A program made the translations under genes and the position numbers. DNA of 64,000 nucleotides from an uncultured Gemmatimonadales bacterium (GTDB lineage: Bacteria; Gemmatimonadota; Gemmatimonadetes; Longimicrobiales; RSA9): positions 3,872,001 to 3,936,000 of the forward strand of contig OY970192.1 in the NCBI GenBank assembly GCA_963708135.1. Direction: 5' to 3'. Positions 49,119 through 59,305 of the stretch are shown piece after piece (position 1 is the first letter of the stretch; the number at the start of each line of letters is the position of its first letter). Under the pieces are notes generated by a model. It saw only the letters and a list, made by a program, of their open reading frames with translations, was not told where the DNA came from and did no database searches.

Positions 49119-51404
49119 TCAGTCGGCTTCGGCGCCGGCCTGCCCGACCAGCGCCTCGCCCCCCGGGGCCTCCTCCTCGACCCCGGCCTGCACGGCGGCG
49201 AACCCCGCCGTCTCGACCGTCCCGCCCCGCAGCACCCGGATCGCGGAGTACTTGAACTCGGGGATCTTGCCCCACGGATCCAGCTTCGGGCTGGTCAGGA
49301 AGTTGGCCGGCGCCTCGGCGTAGCAGAACGGGAGGAACACCGCGCCGTCCGGTACGGCGTCGTCGTGGCGGGCAATGGCCACGACGTGCCCGCGCCGCGA
49401 CTCGAGCGTCACCGCCTCCCCGGCGGTGAGACCCATCCGCTCCATCATGAGCGGGTTCAGGCTGGCCATCGGCGCCGGCTCGAGGGCGTCGAGGACCGCG
49501 GCGCGGCGGGTCATGGCGCCCGTGTGCCAGTGCTCGAGCAGCCGGCCGGTGATCAGCACGGTCGGGTACTCGTCGTCCACCGGCTCGCCGGCCTCCTGGT
49601 AGTCCACGGGCACCAGCTTGCCGCGGCCGCTGGGCGTCGGGAACCGCTCCGTGAACAGCACCTCGTCGCCCGGATCGCCGACCTCGCGGCAGGGATACGT
49701 CACCGCGTGCTCGCGCTCCAGCCGCTCCCACGTGATGCCGTGGTAGCTCGGCATCGCCTGCCGCATCTCCTCGAAGACATCGGCCGGGCCCGCGTAGCCC
49801 CAGTCGAGGCCCAGCCGGCGCGCGAGCTCCTGGATCAGCTCCAGGTCCTGGCGCGCCTGCCCTGGCGGATCCAGCGCCCGCCGCCCCAGCTGCACCCGCC
49901 GGTCCGTGTTCGTGAACGTGCCCGTCTTCTCCGCGAACGCCGTGGCCGGCAGCAGCACGTCGGCGAAGCTCGCCGTCTCCGTAAGGAAGATCTCCTGCAC
50001 GACCAGGTGCTCGAGGCGCGCGAACGCCTCCCGCACGTGCTGCACATCGGGGTCCGACATCGCGGGGTTCTCTCCCATGATGTACATGCCCTTGATGCGC
50101 CCGGCCTTCGCCGCGTGCATGATCTCCACGACCGTGAGCCCGGTATTCGGATCGAGCCCGGGGCGGTTCCAGAGCGCCTCGAAGCGCGCGCGGGCGGTGT
50201 CGCTTTCCACGTTCTGGTAGTCGGGGTAGACCATCGGGATGAGCCCCACGTCCGACGCGCCCTGCACGTTGTTCTGGCCCCGCAGCGGGTGCAGCCCCGC
50301 GCCGCGCCGGCCGACCTGCCCCGTCACCAGCGCCAGCGACACCAGGCAGCGCGCGTTGTCCGTGCCATGCACGTGCTGCGCTATACCCATCCCCCAGAAG
50401 ATCATCGAGTTCCGCGACGTGGCGTACAGCCGCGCCGCCGCCCGGATCGTCTCCGCGTCGATTCCCGTGACCGCCGCCATGGCCTCCGGGCTGTAGGCCT
50501 TCACCAGCCGCTTCAGCTCCTCGAAGCCCTCCGTCCGGCTCTCGACGAACGCCGGCTCCGTCAGCCCCTCGCCGATGATCACGTGCAGGAACGCGTTCAG
50601 CAGCGCCACGTCCGTGCCCGGCCGGAACTGCAGCGAGTGCGTGGCCAACCGCGCCATGTCCGTGCGCCGCGGGTCCATCAGGATCAGCTTCGCGCCCCGC
50701 TCGATCGCGTTCTTCATGAACGTGGCCGCCACCGGGTGGTTCACCGTCGGGTTGGCGCCCACCACGATGAAGCAGTCCGCGTACTGCACGTCCGCCACCG
50801 GGTTCGAAACCGCCGCGGAGCCGACCGTCTCGCCCAGCGCCGCCACGGACGAGGCGTGGCACAGGCGCGTGCAGTGGTCCACATTGTTCGTGCCGAACCC
50901 CGCGCGCACCAGCTTCTGGAAGAGATACGCCTCCTCGTTCGAACCCTTGGCCGACCCGAAGCCGGCCAGCGCGCCGCCGCCGTGCGTGTCCCGTATGCGA
51001 CGCAGCCCGTCCGCCGCCCGGTCGAGCGCCTCATCCCACGTCGCTTCCCGGAACGCCTCGAGCGGGTGCTCCGGGTCGACCAGGTTATTCGCGTCCTTCG
51101 CCACGCCCTCGCGCCGGATGAGCGGCACCACGAGCCGCTGCCGGTTGTGCACGTAGTCCCAGCCGAAGCGGCCCTTCACGCACAGCCGCCCGTGGTTGGA
51201 CGGCCCCCAGCGGCCGGTGACCTGCCGGATCCGGTTGTCCATCACCTGGTAGGTCACCTGGCAGCCCACGCCGCAGTACGGGCAGAGCGACGGAATCTCG
51301 GTCACCCGTCCCTTCCCGCTTTCGCTTTCGCTTTCGCTTTCGAATCCGTTCGCGACCCGCGCCAAAAGCGAACGCGAAACCGACTCTGCCTTCTGTTCAG
51401 CCAT
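49119..51404 (-). CDS. fdhF: Formate dehydrogenase alpha subunit, Mo/W-bisPGD catalytic part (Cys ligand)
   Basis: CPYCGVGC, LCVKGRFG, DHCTRLCHAS, LRGQNNVQG, TGRLLEHWHTG, IPEFK. Confidence 0.92.
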   Translation of the reverse strand: MAEQKAESVSRSLLARVANGFESESESESGKGRVTEIPSLCPYCGVGCQVTYQVMDNRIRQVTGRWGPSNHGRLCVKGRFGWDYVHNRQRLVVPLIRREGVAKDANNLVDPEHPLEAFREATWDEALDRAADGLRRIRDTHGGGALAGFGSAKGSNEEAYLFQKLVRAGFGTNNVDHCTRLCHASSVAALGETVGSAAVSNPVADVQYADCFIVVGANPTVNHPVAATFMKNAIERGAKLILMDPRRTDMARLATHSLQFRPGTDVALLNAFLHVIIGEGLTEPAFVESRTEGFEELKRLVKAYSPEAMAAVTGIDAETIRAAARLYATSRNSMIFWGMGIAQHVHGTDNARCLVSLALVTGQVGRRGAGLHPLRGQNNVQGASDVGLIPMVYPDYQNVESDTARARFEALWNRPGLDPNTGLTVVEIMHAAKAGRIKGMYIMGENPAMSDPDVQHVREAFARLEHLVVQEIFLTETASFADVLLPATAFAEKTGTFTNTDRRVQLGRRALDPPGQARQDLELIQELARRLGLDWGYAGPADVFEEMRQAMPSYHGITWERLEREHAVTYPCREVGDPGDEVLFTERFPTPSGRGKLVPVDYQEAGEPVDDEYPTVLITGRLLEHWHTGAMTRRAAVLDALEPAPMASLNPLMMERMGLTAGEAVTLESRRGHVVAIARHDDAVPDGAVFLPFCYAEAPANFLTSPKLDPWGKIPEFKYSAIRVLRGGTVETAGFAAVQAGVEEEAPGGEALVGQAGAEAD

Positions 51405-52090
51405 CACTCCCCCCTCTCCTGCCACGACACGTCCCACGGCAGCAGGTTGTCGAGCGCCGGCTCGTCGGCGCTGCCGAAGACGCGCGCGGGCATGAGCGCG
51501 CCGGTCGGGCACGCCTGCACGCACTCGCCACAGGCCACGCACGTGCTGCCGCCCATCGGGTCCTCCAGGTCGAACACGATCCGCGCCCGCGCGCCCCGGC
51601 CGGCGTAGCCGATCACGTCGTTCACCTGCACCTCGCGGCAGGCGCGCAGGCAGCGCGTGCACTGGATGCAGGCGTCCAGGTGCACGGCGATGGCGGGGTG
51701 CGAGAGGTCCGGCGCCGGCTGCGCCCGCACCGGCAGCCGCCCGGCGACCACGCCCAGCTCTTCCGCCCAGAGCAGAAGCTCGGAATCGTGACGGTACGGC
51801 TCCGCCGGCATGTCGCCCAGCAGCAGCTCGAGCACCATGCGCTGCGCCCGCCGCGCACGCTCCCCCGCAGCCCGCACCTTCATTCCTGCCGTGGGCGCGC
51901 GGCAACACGACGCCGCGAGCACGCGCTCGCCCTCGATCTCGACCACGCATGCGCGGCAGTTGCCGTCGGGACGCAACCCCTCGGCGTAGCAGAGGTGCGG
52001 CACACGCGCGCCGTGGCGCTCCGCCGCCTGCAGGATCGTCTCGCCGTCCCGCGCCTCGATCTCGCGGCCGTCCAGATTGAAGTGGACCAT
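51404..52090 (-). CDS. Fe-S subunit ([2Fe-2S] plus [4Fe-4S] clusters) matching the usual N-terminus of FDH alpha
   Basis: PHLC...GNCRAC...SC; CIQCTRCLRAC; CVACGECVQACP. Confidence 0.9.
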   Translation of the reverse strand: MVHFNLDGREIEARDGETILQAAERHGARVPHLCYAEGLRPDGNCRACVVEIEGERVLAASCCRAPTAGMKVRAAGERARRAQRMVLELLLGDMPAEPYRHDSELLLWAEELGVVAGRLPVRAQPAPDLSHPAIAVHLDACIQCTRCLRACREVQVNDVIGYAGRGARARIVFDLEDPMGGSTCVACGECVQACPTGALMPARVFGSADEPALDNLLPWDVSWQERGE

Positions 52091-52093
52091 CGG

Positions 52094-53785
52094 CTACGCC
52101 TCCAGCTCCTGCGGGAAGTGCCGCACCACGCTGCGGAACGGGTTCGGCGCCGCCTGGCCCAGCCCGCAGATCGACGCGTCCGCCATCACCGTGGACAGCT
52201 CCTCCAGCAGTTCCGTGTCCCACCGCTCCCGCTCCATCAGCTTCACCGCCTTGGCCGTGCCCACCCGGCACGGCGTGCACTTGCCGCACGACTCGTCCGC
52301 GAAGAAGCGCATGAGGTTGAGCGCCACATCCTTCGCGCGGTCCTGCTCCGAGAGGACGACGATCGCCGCCGAGCCGATGAAGCAGCCCTGCTCCGCCAGC
52401 ACGTCGAAGTCGAGCGGCAGGTCCGCCAGCGCCGCCGGCAGGATCCCGCCCGACGCGCCACCCGGAAGATAACCGTACAGCGTGTGCCCCGGCGCCATCC
52501 CGCCCGCGAACTCCTCGACCAGCTCGCGCGCCGTCACGCCCGCCGGCGCCGCGTACACCCCCGGCCTCGCCACCCGGCCGCTCACCGAGAACAGCCGCAC
52601 GCCCTTGCGCCCCCGGCGCCCGCGCGCCGCGAAACGCTCCGCGCCGCCCTCCAGGATCTCGCGCAGCCAGTAGACGGTCTCCACGTTGTGCGCGAGCGTC
52701 GGCCGGCCGAACAGCCCGACCTGCGCCGGGAACGGCGGCCGCAGCCGCGGCTCCCCGCGCTTGCCTTCCGCGCTCTCGATCAGCGACGTCTCCTCGCCGC
52801 AGATGTAGGCGCCCGCGCCGCGCCGCAGGTGGATGCGCGGCAGCGCGCACGGCGGGTCCGCCTCCAGGGCCGCGATCTCGCGCTCCAGGATCGCACGGCT
52901 CGTTGCGTACTCGTCCCGCAGGTAGATCGTGACGTCCTCCGCCTCCACGGCCCACGCCGCGAGCAGCATCCCCTCGAGCACCCGATGCGGGTCCGTAATC
53001 ATGCAGAAGCGATCCTTGAACGTGCCCGGCTCGCCCTCGTCCGCGTTCAGCACCATCGAGCGCGGCCCCGCCTCCGCCCGCACGAAGCCCCACTTCCGCG
53101 CCGTCGGGAACCCCGCGCCGCCCAGGCCACGCAGCCCCGATGCTCCCACCGCATCGATCACCTCCTCCACCCGGCGCCGGCCCTCCACGCATTCCGCCAG
53201 CAGCGAATAGCCGCCCGCCGCCCGGTAGTCGCCGTAGGCGACGTAGCCCGGCAGCTCCGGCCGCGTCTCCCCCGCCAGCACCGCCTCCTCGACCGTCTCC
53301 ACCGTGGCGCCGTCCACCGGACACATCCCCACCAGCGTGGCCGGCGCGTGCTGACAGCGCCCCAGGCAGGGCGCGCCGATCACGCGTACGCCCGGCCCGA
53401 GCCGCTCCGCCAGCATCTCGCGGAGCGCCTCCCCGCCCTCCAGATGGCACGAGATCGACTCGCACACCCGCACCGTCACGGGCGTCGGGTCCGCCTCGCC
53501 GTCGCGGACCAGATCGAAGTTGTGGTAGAAGCTCGCGACCTCGTAGACCTCGGCCGTGGCCAGCCCCAGCTCGTCCGCGAGCGCGACCAGGTGCGGCGGC
53601 GACAGCCGGCCGTAGGCGTCCTGGATCCGGTGCAGGTGCTCGATCAGGAGGTCCCGCCGGCGAGGGGACGCGCCGAGAAGCCTCCGCACCTCCTCGTGCG
53701 CGGCGGGATCCAGCACCCGGCCCTTCGGAACCGGCCGCAGAATCGCGGCCCTGCCGCCGTTCCGGCCTCCTTTGCCGCCCGGCAT
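52094..53785 (-). CDS. NAD-dependent formate dehydrogenase beta subunit (NuoE+NuoF-like fusion)
   Basis: LIEHLHRIQD, GLRGLGGAGFPT, NADEGEPGTFKDR, GAYICGEET, ESCGKCTPCR, SICGLG. Confidence 0.92.
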   Translation of the reverse strand: MPGGKGGRNGGRAAILRPVPKGRVLDPAAHEEVRRLLGASPRRRDLLIEHLHRIQDAYGRLSPPHLVALADELGLATAEVYEVASFYHNFDLVRDGEADPTPVTVRVCESISCHLEGGEALREMLAERLGPGVRVIGAPCLGRCQHAPATLVGMCPVDGATVETVEEAVLAGETRPELPGYVAYGDYRAAGGYSLLAECVEGRRRVEEVIDAVGASGLRGLGGAGFPTARKWGFVRAEAGPRSMVLNADEGEPGTFKDRFCMITDPHRVLEGMLLAAWAVEAEDVTIYLRDEYATSRAILEREIAALEADPPCALPRIHLRRGAGAYICGEETSLIESAEGKRGEPRLRPPFPAQVGLFGRPTLAHNVETVYWLREILEGGAERFAARGRRGRKGVRLFSVSGRVARPGVYAAPAGVTARELVEEFAGGMAPGHTLYGYLPGGASGGILPAALADLPLDFDVLAEQGCFIGSAAIVVLSEQDRAKDVALNLMRFFADESCGKCTPCRVGTAKAVKLMERERWDTELLEELSTVMADASICGLGQAAPNPFRSVVRHFPQELEA

Positions 53786-53941
53786 GGCTAAGCCCTTTTC
53801 AGGAGAAGAGATGCCACTCAGCAAGGTAATCGGACAGTTTGCCCTGTCGCAAGCGCTCTGCTACACCAGGCCGGAGACTCAGCGACGGAGAGTGCGGCGC
53901 AGTGCTGGACAGCCCCGCCGGGCGACGGCTACGTTCGCTCC

Positions 53942-55753
53942 GTGACCTTGCCTCCGCCCGGACTCCCTTCCGATATCCCGCGGCTCGACGGACCGCCCCG
54001 GCCGCTTCCCGCGCCCGATCATGACCTGCGCGCCGAGGACCCGTTCGTGGTCGCGGGCCGGGCGGCGTGCGTGACCGGCCTCGCCTCGGCGGGTGCGGAC
54101 GAGATCCGCGTCCACCCCTGGACGGTCGCGCGGGCGCTCCGGCTGGAGGACGCCGATCTGCTGGAAGCGCGCCTCTCCGCGGTCGGGGCGCAGCGCCGCC
54201 TCGTTGTGCGCGGCCGCGAGGTGGAGGAGCGCCTGTATGTGCCACGGGATGCGCCGTTGGTGCTGGCGGAGTGGCAGGCCGCTCCCCAGCCGGAAGGCTC
54301 CGCGCCGTGCCACGACCCGCTCGACCTCTCGATCGCGTGGTCGCTCGGGGCCGGGGGCGCGGCGGCGGCGGCGCCCGTCCCGGGGGGCCGAGCGTTCGGG
54401 GTCCGGCTTCCCGACGGCGCCGCGGCGGCGCTGGTTTCCAGCGTGGCGCCCGCAAGCTGGACGGCGGACTCGCTGCTCGTCCGGCTGCTTCCGGGCGAGA
54501 TCTTCCGGCTGGCGTTCACGGCGGGCGCGGACGAGGCCTCGCTGGCCGCCTCCGTCGCCACGCTCCGCTCGGTCGAGTCGCTGGTGCCGGCCCGCGCGGC
54601 AGCGCTGCGCCGCCAGGCGGCGGAAGGCGCGGGCGTGGACGCTCCGGATCCGTTCGTGGGGCAGGTCCTGGCGGCGGCCGTGGAGCGCCTGGACGGGTTC
54701 CTCCTCGCGATCCCCGGGGGTGGAGCCTGCCTGGTGGACGGCTACGGCGGCGCGGCCCCGGAGATCGTCACCCCCACGGCGGCGGCGGCCGGCATCGCGC
54801 TGCTCGCCGGGGGGTGCTTCGATCCCGCCCTGGACGCGCTCCGCTTCCTGGGCGAGCGCCTCGACGCGGCCGGGCTCCCGCCTTCCCGGGTGGCGCTGAA
54901 GGGCAGCGCCCGGCCGGGCGGGCTGGAGGACGCCGCCGCCTACCTCCGGCTGGCCTCGCACGCGCTCGACTGGACGGGAGACAGCGCCCTCATCGGTGAC
55001 GAATGGCCGCGTGTCCGCCGCGCCCTCGCCGCCCTCCTCGCGGACCTCGAGGGCGGCGCCGCGCCGCCCCGCCGCCTCCTCGAGGCGCTGTCCGCAGCGG
55101 CTCGGACCCTCGGGGATGCGGCCACGGTGGACGCTCTGGCCGCGGCGCTGCGGCGCCCGGGTAGCGCCCCCGAGTCCCGCCACATCCCGGATGCCGGGCT
55201 GTCCGCTTTCATGGAGGGACGGACCCGGGCGGGGCTCCGGGCCTGGCGGGCGGCCGCGGGGGCGGGGGCGGGCGTGCCGCCGGCGCTCTGGCCCGGCGAC
55301 GGCGGGCGCGCGGACGCCGCGGCCCCGGCGGCGGCCCTCGTCGCCTCGCTGCTGCTGGGCTGGCTCGGCGCCGACCCCGATGCATCGCGGCACCGGTTGC
55401 GGCTGCGGCCGCAGGTTCCGGAGGATCGGGCGGGCTTCGAGGCCCGGGTGAGGGTCGGCGCCTCGCGCGTGCGCCTGCGGCACACGGCAGAGGATCGGCT
55501 GCACCGCTTCGAGATCGAGCAGCAGACGGGGGCGCTGCCGCTCCGGGCCGTGCTCGAGCCGGTGCTGCCGGATTCTCGCCTCCGGGCCGTGCGCATCGAT
55601 GGTGCGCCGGCGGAGCTCGACCCACGACGCTTCGGCGACGGCCTGCTCGTGCCGGTGCAGCTGATGCTGGATCACGCCCGGATGGTGGAGATCGAGGTAG
55701 AGGACGCGACGGATCTGCCGGGGGTGCCGCCGACGATTCAAGACTTCCGGTAA
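53942..55753 (+). CDS. Hypothetical protein, possibly a degenerate glycoside hydrolase (debranching-enzyme-like)
   Basis: Long ORF with GC3-rich codons; EIRVHP N-terminus, DWTGD...WP helical segment, LGADPDA...LRLRPQVP C-terminal pattern. Confidence 0.5.
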   Translation: MTLPPPGLPSDIPRLDGPPRPLPAPDHDLRAEDPFVVAGRAACVTGLASAGADEIRVHPWTVARALRLEDADLLEARLSAVGAQRRLVVRGREVEERLYVPRDAPLVLAEWQAAPQPEGSAPCHDPLDLSIAWSLGAGGAAAAAPVPGGRAFGVRLPDGAAAALVSSVAPASWTADSLLVRLLPGEIFRLAFTAGADEASLAASVATLRSVESLVPARAAALRRQAAEGAGVDAPDPFVGQVLAAAVERLDGFLLAIPGGGACLVDGYGGAAPEIVTPTAAAAGIALLAGGCFDPALDALRFLGERLDAAGLPPSRVALKGSARPGGLEDAAAYLRLASHALDWTGDSALIGDEWPRVRRALAALLADLEGGAAPPRRLLEALSAAARTLGDAATVDALAAALRRPGSAPESRHIPDAGLSAFMEGRTRAGLRAWRAAAGAGAGVPPALWPGDGGRADAAAPAAALVASLLLGWLGADPDASRHRLRLRPQVPEDRAGFEARVRVGASRVRLRHTAEDRLHRFEIEQQTGALPLRAVLEPVLPDSRLRAVRIDGAPAELDPRRFGDGLLVPVQLMLDHARMVEIEVEDATDLPGVPPTIQDFR

Positions 55754-55765
55754 GGAGGCCGGCCC

Positions 55766-57937
55766 TCAGCCGCCCGGGCGCATGCGCCCGATGAGCCGCC
55801 TCCAGCGCGGGTCCTCGTGCAGCGCGTCGAACGCGGGCGTGACCGCGACGCCGTCCATGAACGAGGCCCGCTCCGCGTAACCGCGCTCCAGCCACCGGAA
55901 CGCCGCGTCCACGTCGCCGAGCCCAGCGTAGGCCATCGCGACGTGGAACGGTGGGATGTAGCGCGTTGCGGCGGACGCGAGCAGGGTGCGCAGGATCCTC
56001 GTCGCCACGCGACGCTCGCCGAGCACCGCATGGGCGTAGCCAAGGTGGGCGGAGTCGCGCGCGCCGCTCAGCTCCGCCGCGCGCCGGAACGCGTCGATCG
56101 CCTCCGTCGCCATTCCCTTCTGAAGGTACGCGTGTCCGAGCTGCTGATACGAGAGGTCGAGCTGCGGGTTGAGCTCGAGCGCGTCACCCAGCGCGCGGAT
56201 CGCTCGATCGGGCTGCCGGGCGTTCACGTAGACCCGCCCGAGCACCTGGCTGGCAACCGCGGCGAGCGGGTCCAGGGTACGCGCCGTCTCCAGCTCCGCG
56301 ACCGCCTCCTCGAACCTGCCCTGGTCTTGCAGGCAGATGGCGAGTGGCACGCGGGCGAAGGTGTAGCCGGGATCGAGCGCGATCGCGCGCCGGAGCTCCC
56401 GCTCCGCCGCCGCCATGTCGAAGTCGTGAACTAGCAGCACGTGCCCCAGCGAGGTGTGCGCTTCCGCGAGCGTGGCGTCGCGGGCGAGCGCCTCGAGCGC
56501 GGCCGCCCGCGCGCGGGCGAGCTCCGCTCCGGGCAGGCCATAGCCGAACACCGCCAGGCGGGCATGCACATCGGAGAGTCCGGCGTGGGCGCGCGCGTAG
56601 CCCGGGTCCAGCGCGAGCGCCTGCTCGAAGTAGGTGGCCGCCTGAAGCAGCCCCTCCCGGTTCGTGCGCGTGCCGAAGACGTGCCGACCTTTCAGGTACA
56701 GCGCATGCGCACCAGGCTCCGGCGTCCGCCCCTCGATCGGAGCCCCGCCCTGCCCGCCGCCGACGGCCAGCCGCGTTCGCACCGCGGCGGCAAGGAGGCC
56801 GGCGACATCCTCGGGCGACGCGAAAACCGCATCCAGCTCGCGCACCAGCTCCCCGGCGCTCCGGGGCCGCGCCTCGGGCGCTTTGGCCAGCAGGCGCATG
56901 ATGAGGCTGGTGAGCCCCGGTGGCAGGTCCGGGCGCCGCTCGCCGAGAGGCCGCGGTTGCTGCGCCACCTGCGCGGCCAGCATCTCCCGCGGCGGGCGGG
57001 CGCCGAAGGGGTGCGCACCATTGAGCGCCTCGTAGGCCACCAGACCCAGTGCGTACAGGTCCGCGGAGCGTCCGGCGGTAGGTTCGGCGAGGACCTGCTC
57101 GGGGGCCATGTACGCCGGGGTTCCGAGCAATGCGGCGGGCCGTCCCCGCCCTGCGTCCGGCGCGACGCCGGTGTCGCCGGCATGCCCCCCGGCTTCGCGG
57201 AGCTCCCCGGCCGCCCGGCTCACTGCCCGCGCGATCCCGAAGTCCGCGACGACCGCGTGCCCATCGACGAGAAGGATGTTCTCCGGCTTGATGTCGCGGT
57301 GGACGATGTCGTGGCGGTGCGCGTAATCCAGTGCGCTCGCCACCTCTCGCACCAGGCGAACGACGACCTCGACCGGTAGCGGCCGCTCCCGGCGCAGCCG
57401 CCGGCGCAGCGACTCGCCCTCGACGTATGGCATCACGTAGTACAACTGCCCGCTCGCCTCGCCGGACGCGTGAAGCGGCAGGATGTGCGGGTGCGTCAGC
57501 CGCGCTGTCACCCGGATCTCGCTGAGGAATAGTTCGGCGCTCACCGCCGCGCCCAGCGCGACATCGAGCGCCTTGACAGCCACCTGGCGGGCATGCCGTC
57601 GGTCGTAAGCCACGTAGACGGTGGCCATGCCGCCCCGCCCGATCTCGCGCTCGATCTCGTACTGGCCCGCCAGCGCGCGCCGAAGCGTGCACAGGGCGGC
57701 CGAACGCGGGGCGAAGAGCTCAGCGGCAGGCACCGCGAGGAAGCTCCCGGACCGGCGGGCCCGCTCGCATGCGGCCACCAGCCGCTCCACCTCGTCACGA
57801 AGCGCCGCATCCGCTCCGCAGACGCGCTCGAGATGCGCGCTGCGCTCGGGCGCGGACAGGTCGAGCGCCGCCTCAGCCGCGCGTCGGATCGTGGCCCAGC
57901 GCTGCGACGGCGGCAGGCGTCCGTCAGGCGCCGTCAT
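55766..57937 (-). CDS. Ser/Thr protein kinase with C-terminal TPR repeats
   Basis: GRGGMATVY, VAVK, HRDIKPEN, DFG, GTPAYMAPE; TPR repeats. Confidence 0.93.
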   Translation of the reverse strand: MTAPDGRLPPSQRWATIRRAAEAALDLSAPERSAHLERVCGADAALRDEVERLVAACERARRSGSFLAVPAAELFAPRSAALCTLRRALAGQYEIEREIGRGGMATVYVAYDRRHARQVAVKALDVALGAAVSAELFLSEIRVTARLTHPHILPLHASGEASGQLYYVMPYVEGESLRRRLRRERPLPVEVVVRLVREVASALDYAHRHDIVHRDIKPENILLVDGHAVVADFGIARAVSRAAGELREAGGHAGDTGVAPDAGRGRPAALLGTPAYMAPEQVLAEPTAGRSADLYALGLVAYEALNGAHPFGARPPREMLAAQVAQQPRPLGERRPDLPPGLTSLIMRLLAKAPEARPRSAGELVRELDAVFASPEDVAGLLAAAVRTRLAVGGGQGGAPIEGRTPEPGAHALYLKGRHVFGTRTNREGLLQAATYFEQALALDPGYARAHAGLSDVHARLAVFGYGLPGAELARARAAALEALARDATLAEAHTSLGHVLLVHDFDMAAAERELRRAIALDPGYTFARVPLAICLQDQGRFEEAVAELETARTLDPLAAVASQVLGRVYVNARQPDRAIRALGDALELNPQLDLSYQQLGHAYLQKGMATEAIDAFRRAAELSGARDSAHLGYAHAVLGERRVATRILRTLLASAATRYIPPFHVAMAYAGLGDVDAAFRWLERGYAERASFMDGVAVTPAFDALHEDPRWRRLIGRMRPGG

Positions 57938-58517
57938 CGCGAAGCTCGCGGTGGAGCCACCCCTTCGCCATCAGCCAGTCCCGGGAAACCGTCCGCTTCG
58001 ATACGCCGAGCGCCTGCGCCGTTTCCGTCTCCGTGAGCCCCGCGAAAAAGCGACACTCCACGATCCGCGCCAGCCGCTCGTCCAGCGCAGACAGGCGGTC
58101 CAGCGCCTCGTCGAGGGCGATCAGCTCCCCCGCGCGCTCCGCGACGGCGAGCGCGCCCGCGTCGTCCGCCTCCGCGAGCGACACCGGACGCCGGCCGGCG
58201 CCCCCGCGCCGGAGCGCCCAGTGCTTCCGGGCGTAGTCGACCAGGATCCGGCGCATCGTGCGCGCGGCCACGGCGAAGAACTGCGCGGGCTCCACCCACT
58301 GCGTGCGCGTCTGACTGGAGAGGCGGAGATAAGCTTCGTGGACGAGCGCGGTGGTACAGAGGGTGTGGCCCGCCGGCTCCGCGCCGAGCTGGCGATGAGC
58401 GATCCTGCGCAGATCGCCGTAGACCAGCGGGAGGAGCCGGTCCATGGCTTCCGGCGCACAACGGGCCAACGCGGCGAGCGCCGCCGTGACCTCTTCCTGC
58501 TCCTCGGCCTCGGGCAT
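57924..58517 (-). CDS. ECF sigma factor, kinase-associated type
   Basis: LLPLVYGDLRRIA, HTLCTTALVHEAYLRL, MRRILVDYAR, VECRFFAGL, RDW; overlaps the kinase start. Confidence 0.93.
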   Translation of the reverse strand: MPEAEEQEEVTAALAALARCAPEAMDRLLPLVYGDLRRIAHRQLGAEPAGHTLCTTALVHEAYLRLSSQTRTQWVEPAQFFAVAARTMRRILVDYARKHWALRRGGAGRRPVSLAEADDAGALAVAERAGELIALDEALDRLSALDERLARIVECRFFAGLTETETAQALGVSKRTVSRDWLMAKGWLHRELRDDGA

Positions 58518-58694
58518 GTCCGCACCTCGCCGGTGCACGAGAAACGTGACGCCGACCCGGCACGCGTGGCGTCTTCCGTCCCCGTCCTGCGCGTCTACTG
58601 ATACCGCATCGCCGCGCCGTACCCTCGAACGTATGGCGACGCCGGTGTGGCGGCAACGCAACTCTTCTCGCCGACCACTCACACGGAGGTGATC

Positions 58695-59270
58695 ATGCCC
58701 GCACCGATTCGTCACGCCAGCGGCTCGCCGATCCTCGCGCTGCTGGCCCTCGGACTCATCGCGGCCGGCTGCGACAACCCCGGAATCACGGCGCCCGCCC
58801 GCTCCGCTGCCCCGGCCTTCGACCGCGCGGCCCAGCCGCCGCAGGTCACCGGCCAGCGACCGCTCACGGGGCGCTGCGTCACCTCGTTTCCCCCGGTCGC
58901 GCCGCCGCTTCCGCCGGTGCTGCACCAGGAGGACACGGGCACCTGCCAGCTCACGCTGCTCGGTCGCTCGACCTATTTCTCCGCCAAGGACATCGATTTC
59001 GCGGCCGGCACCCAGACCACGACCGAGCTACGCCTCACGGCGCCGAACGGCGACGTGCTGCGCGGCGCCGGCGCCGGGACGAATTCGCCCGGCGAGCCGG
59101 GGCACGTGAACTTCACTGCGGAAATCACGTTCAACGGGGGGACCGGCCGCTTCGAGCACGCCACCGGCCACGCGTCCATCGCGGGGGCGGCGGACCTCGC
59201 TGCTCACTCCTCGAGCCTTACGCTTCAGGGGTGGATCACCTACGACCCGGCGGACCGGAGCGGCCGGTGA
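58695..59270 (+). CDS. Hypothetical lipoprotein (beta-rich)
   Basis: GGAGG RBS, IAAGC lipobox, GGTGRFEHATG. Confidence 0.8.
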   Translation: MPAPIRHASGSPILALLALGLIAAGCDNPGITAPARSAAPAFDRAAQPPQVTGQRPLTGRCVTSFPPVAPPLPPVLHQEDTGTCQLTLLGRSTYFSAKDIDFAAGTQTTTELRLTAPNGDVLRGAGAGTNSPGEPGHVNFTAEITFNGGTGRFEHATGHASIAGAADLAAHSSSLTLQGWITYDPADRSGR

Positions 59271-59305
59271 TGCATCGGCTTGCATTACGCTTCCGCGGAG
59301 GGCGA

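Noticed and set aside
50855..50880. Selenocysteine in FDH
   Set aside because: The active site reads CTRLCH with a Cys codon; no in-frame TGA.
49119..53465. 1448 aa ORF as a giant FDH fusion
   Set aside because: The upstream ~690 aa are an off-frame shadow of the beta and Fe-S genes; only 49119-51404 is FDH-like.
53786..53941. Moco/tungsten riboswitch upstream of fdh
   Set aside because: No recognisable conserved structure by eye; an Rfam/Infernal scan would be needed.
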